Below are positions 36,919 through 39,789 of a stretch of DNA of 39,789 nt, one piece after another. The notes beneath the pieces were generated by a model that did no database searches, was not told the origin of the DNA, and saw only the letters and a list, made by a program, of their open reading frames with translations. Source of the DNA: Bernardetiaceae bacterium (GTDB lineage Bacteria; Bacteroidota; Bacteroidia; Cytophagales; Bernardetiaceae); NCBI GenBank assembly GCA_020832465.1, contig JAFIER010000230.1:1-39789 (forward strand), in the 5' to 3' direction. Position numbers and translations under genes: made by a program. Numbering within the stretch: position 1 is the stretch's first letter; every line of letters starts with the position of its first letter.

Positions 36919-39396
36919 TTAACTTTTGCTTGGTGCATTGCCAAGGGCTGAGGTTTGAATAGCAGACTCGAGGGCTGTGCCTTTGAGCATATTGGCAAAT
37001 ACATCGGCGACGCTTTTGCCACCTAAGATAGAGAGCGGTGCCATGCTTTCAGCCATTTTAGCCGCTAAGGCACGGTCGCTGAAGTTTTGAAGGGCAGCTA
37101 CTAAATCCGGAGATATAGCCTCTGCTTTGCTCACTACTGCCTGCACTTCACCTTTGAGCTCTTCTAAGCGCAATTGCATCTGTTGCTCTGCAATAGCTAT
37201 ATCGATATCACTAACCGCTTTACGGCTCTCAAGGCGAGCGCTATTGATTTGAATCTGTAAATCCGCTTCTTTTTGTTCGCCCTCCAATTCTTTTTGGCGA
37301 CTTTCAATCGTCGAAGTAATGCGTGTCAGACTTAACTCAAGCTCTTTTTTCAACATCTCAATTTGCAAATCACGCTCCTCTTGCTTAGTTTTGGCACGCT
37401 CCTCAGCGATTTTTCTATCAATATCTTCGCTCTCTTTGATAAAAGAAAACTCCTGTCGCTTTGCTTGTAATGCTAATTTACGCCTTACTTCATTGTGCTG
37501 CGCTTCAGAAAGTATCGTGGAAATATCGTGATTCATAATATCTACACCGATGACCTCCACATCGTACACAAACATATTATTCTCTTCAAAAAAACGACCT
37601 TTTCTTTTACCATCTTCTGCCGACTGCTCGCCGAGTATGATATTGCGAATAATCGCAATGGCATCGCCATAAAAATCCGCTACATTATATTTTTTGCTCG
37701 AGTTGCGCAACACAGAACGCAGGTGGTCTGTCAAAAACTTGACGTAATTCTCCACATTAAACCACTTTTCGGGCTCTTTGATAAAATCTACCCGATAAGA
37801 TAAACGAACATCTATAGGGCAAAAATCCGCCGTCTCGATAGATACAATATCCGAAATTTGATTGTGCAAAGAACGCAAATATACGGTTTGAAGTACGTTT
37901 ACATCAGATTTCGGTGTGCCCGTAGAGAGGTCGACGACCCCCAAAATCTCATCGTACTCAAGGTTATACGTCTGCGGTCCGACAATCACTTTGCGTTCAC
38001 CTGTTTTGTTTACGACCAGCACCGCATAGCCCGTCCATACCTCAACCGTAACTGCCCCTTCATATTTTGTATCGAGAGTAACAGTGCGCGGTTTTGTAAA
38101 ATTATTATCCCTTACAAAGTCATCACCACCAATGCCCTCGGCTACATTTTGCGACCTTGAGGGCGAAGCTATTTTTTTGGTACGTACAACCTCCTTATCT
38201 TCTATAAAAAGGTCATCTTTGCCCTCCTCCAAAGCCGCGCGGCGCAACTGCCGATTGAAAGCCAATACTTCTTCGTTGCCAGGATACCATAACTTGGCTT
38301 GCTTTTCGGTCAGAATACGGCGCACAATGACCGCCTCTCGAGGGTCAGGTAAAAACATACAAGGACCTTTTTGCAATGCAATTTGCCCTGTGTTACGATT
38401 TAGAAAATAACGACCTTCGCCTTTGGGAATCGCTACGGCGTAATAAATCTCTTGCTTTCCATAGCGAATCAGTGCATGCTCAGGGCGTGGAAAATAAATT
38501 CGCTGCTCTTTGCCCGTTATAAAAAGCTCATCACCAATGTTGTATGCTTTATCGCCTTCTTGGTAAGCCGTAATTACTTTTACATAAATACCGCTAATTT
38601 CATTGAGCTCAATCGCTTTAAACTTGCGAAAACCATCTTTGACTACAAAAGTCTCCGTAGGCTCAGGAAAAACAACCGCCGGCCCCTCGATAAATCTTTT
38701 GTTGCCATTCTCATCTAACAAAATGCAATACTCCAACCGCTCGAGCGTAACGGCATCGCGCACATAATTGCCATTTTTATCGGGCACGACCTCCATACCT
38801 GTCGGAGGAATATAAAACGAAATATGAGTGCCTTTGATAATAAGCTGCTGACCCGTAGTAAAAGTAGGACTATCGCTTTCGCCGACAAGACTTGTATCTT
38901 TACCCCCTTCACTCGCCACATTAGACTGCTTCTTGACTACGGCATTTTCCCAGTTTTTGCGTGCCTGCTCCTCGTCATAAATCCGCACCACCAAATATTG
39001 ATTAGAGCGCAACTGATGACCCGGAATAATGCGTACCATCTGACCAGGCCAAAGCGCAAAAAAGGTCGGACCTGGTAGATTCACTTTCCGTCCAATATCG
39101 AGCTGTGAAATGCTATTAGATGTAGCTTCTTTCGGTTGCTTGGCATCATGGGCAGGATTTTTCAATACAATGTACCAGCCCTCGGGAGCTGTAGCAAAGG
39201 TTTGTATAGACTCTTCTAAAGAGCAAATACAAAACTGCTTTTTGTGGGAATCAAAATATACGGGTTTGTCCGTATTTGCCAAACTTGTTTTGTAAGGACC
39301 TACATAAGTGTTGATATGTCCTTTCGTTTGGTCAGAAATAAAAGCAAATTCGTTGGGGGCGAGTACTAAATCTCGCTCGCGGCTTGAGTCTGACAT
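36919..39396 (-). CDS. major vault protein (MVP) homologue, 825 aa
   Basis: N-terminal repeat LVLAPNEFAFISDQTKGHINTYVGPYKTSL parallels the first eukaryotic MVP repeat [29 protein letters not shown]. Several further ~55-aa beta-rich repeats. Shoulder-like segment IETADFCPIDVRLSYRVDF (cf. [21 protein letters not shown]). Long C-terminal cap-helix-like coiled coil (EERAKTKQEERDLQIEMLKKELE...). Confidence 0.7.
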   Translation of the reverse strand: MSDSSRERDLVLAPNEFAFISDQTKGHINTYVGPYKTSLANTDKPVYFDSHKKQFCICSLEESIQTFATAPEGWYIVLKNPAHDAKQPKEATSNSISQLDIGRKVNLPGPTFFALWPGQMVRIIPGHQLRSNQYLVVRIYDEEQARKNWENAVVKKQSNVASEGGKDTSLVGESDSPTFTTGQQLIIKGTHISFYIPPTGMEVVPDKNGNYVRDAVTLERLEYCILLDENGNKRFIEGPAVVFPEPTETFVVKDGFRKFKAIELNEISGIYVKVITAYQEGDKAYNIGDELFITGKEQRIYFPRPEHALIRYGKQEIYYAVAIPKGEGRYFLNRNTGQIALQKGPCMFLPDPREAVIVRRILTEKQAKLWYPGNEEVLAFNRQLRRAALEEGKDDLFIEDKEVVRTKKIASPSRSQNVAEGIGGDDFVRDNNFTKPRTVTLDTKYEGAVTVEVWTGYAVLVVNKTGERKVIVGPQTYNLEYDEILGVVDLSTGTPKSDVNVLQTVYLRSLHNQISDIVSIETADFCPIDVRLSYRVDFIKEPEKWFNVENYVKFLTDHLRSVLRNSSKKYNVADFYGDAIAIIRNIILGEQSAEDGKRKGRFFEENNMFVYDVEVIGVDIMNHDISTILSEAQHNEVRRKLALQAKRQEFSFIKESEDIDRKIAEERAKTKQEERDLQIEMLKKELELSLTRITSTIESRQKELEGEQKEADLQIQINSARLESRKAVSDIDIAIAEQQMQLRLEELKGEVQAVVSKAEAISPDLVAALQNFSDRALAAKMAESMAPLSILGGKSVADVFANMLKGTALESAIQTSALGNAPSKS

Positions 39397-39513
39397 ATTG
39401 TTTTGTGTTTAAGCGTGTGATAATACGAAAAAATAAGAAATTGTAAATCTTACACTAAGTGTATATCTTGAATACGCAAAAAGTAAACCCTGGGTTGCTA
39501 TATTTTTATTTTT

Positions 39514-39789
39514 TTTGTCTGAATCAGGATTTACAAGATTTTAGGATTTACAGGATTAAATTATAAAAGCCCATTTATCCCATCCTTGAAAAGGTGGGGA
39601 GCTTTGGAAATCCTTTTTTTGTCTGAATCAGGATTTACAGGATTTTAGGATTTACAGGATTTGATTATAACCGCCCCTTTATCAACTCCTTGAAAAGGTG
39701 GGGAGATTTAGAAAGCCTTTTTTTGTCTGAATCATGATTTGCAGGATTAAATTATAACCGCCCCTTTTATCCCCTCCTTGAAAAGGTGG
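39514..39789. repeat. tandem array (>=2.6 x 104 bp) of a longer variant of the AGGATT-rich repeat, truncated by the window end
   Basis: Units begin at 39514, 39618 and 39722. Each holds tttgtctgaatcaggatttaca(a/g)gatttt(a/g)ggatt plus a hairpin-like tcccatccttgaaaaggtgggga segment. Confidence 0.8.

Overview
The window is a Bacteroidetes-like chromosomal segment, AT-rich with long intergenic hairpins, in which housekeeping genes are interleaved with a dense, repeat-punctuated set of conflict and defence-type genes. The housekeeping genes are a YdiF-like CoA-transferase, a PrpE-like propionyl-CoA synthetase, a TPR protein, a rhomboid protease, peptide deformylase, an M16 peptidase and NusB.

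The defence-like content, all read from the translated ORFs, is:
- a co-directional three-gene cluster of a SIR2-like protein, a membrane-anchored STAND-type P-loop NTPase and a secreted leucine-rich-repeat protein (3339-7557);
- an IS4-family insertion sequence (8867-10084) with 14-bp terminal inverted repeats and a TATTT target duplication;
- an orphan Rad50/SbcC-like ATPase with a CPAC zinc hook (10132-12840), followed by a C-terminal fragment of a DNA methyltransferase;
- a Type III restriction-modification operon in res-then-mod order (18949-24638);
- a DUF1016/YhcG-like PD-(D/E)xK nuclease paired with a 1124-aa protein that fuses a caspase-like (C14) domain to an alpha/beta-hydrolase domain (25240-29775);
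- a DUF3883-nuclease operon with two small proteins (35530-36782);
- a bacterial homologue of the eukaryotic major vault protein (36919-39396).

Three non-coding repeat families are visible: an AGGATT-rich dispersed/tandem repeat (three loci), a MITE-like palindromic element (two copies, with a compensatory change in the terminal stem), and a family of perfect palindromes with a GAACT(A/C)ACA stem at convergent gene ends.

The SIR2-NTPase-LRR cluster with its cross-membrane topology is the strongest candidate for an undescribed NTP-dependent conflict system. The caspase-hydrolase plus nuclease pair and the vault-protein locus are the next most interesting.
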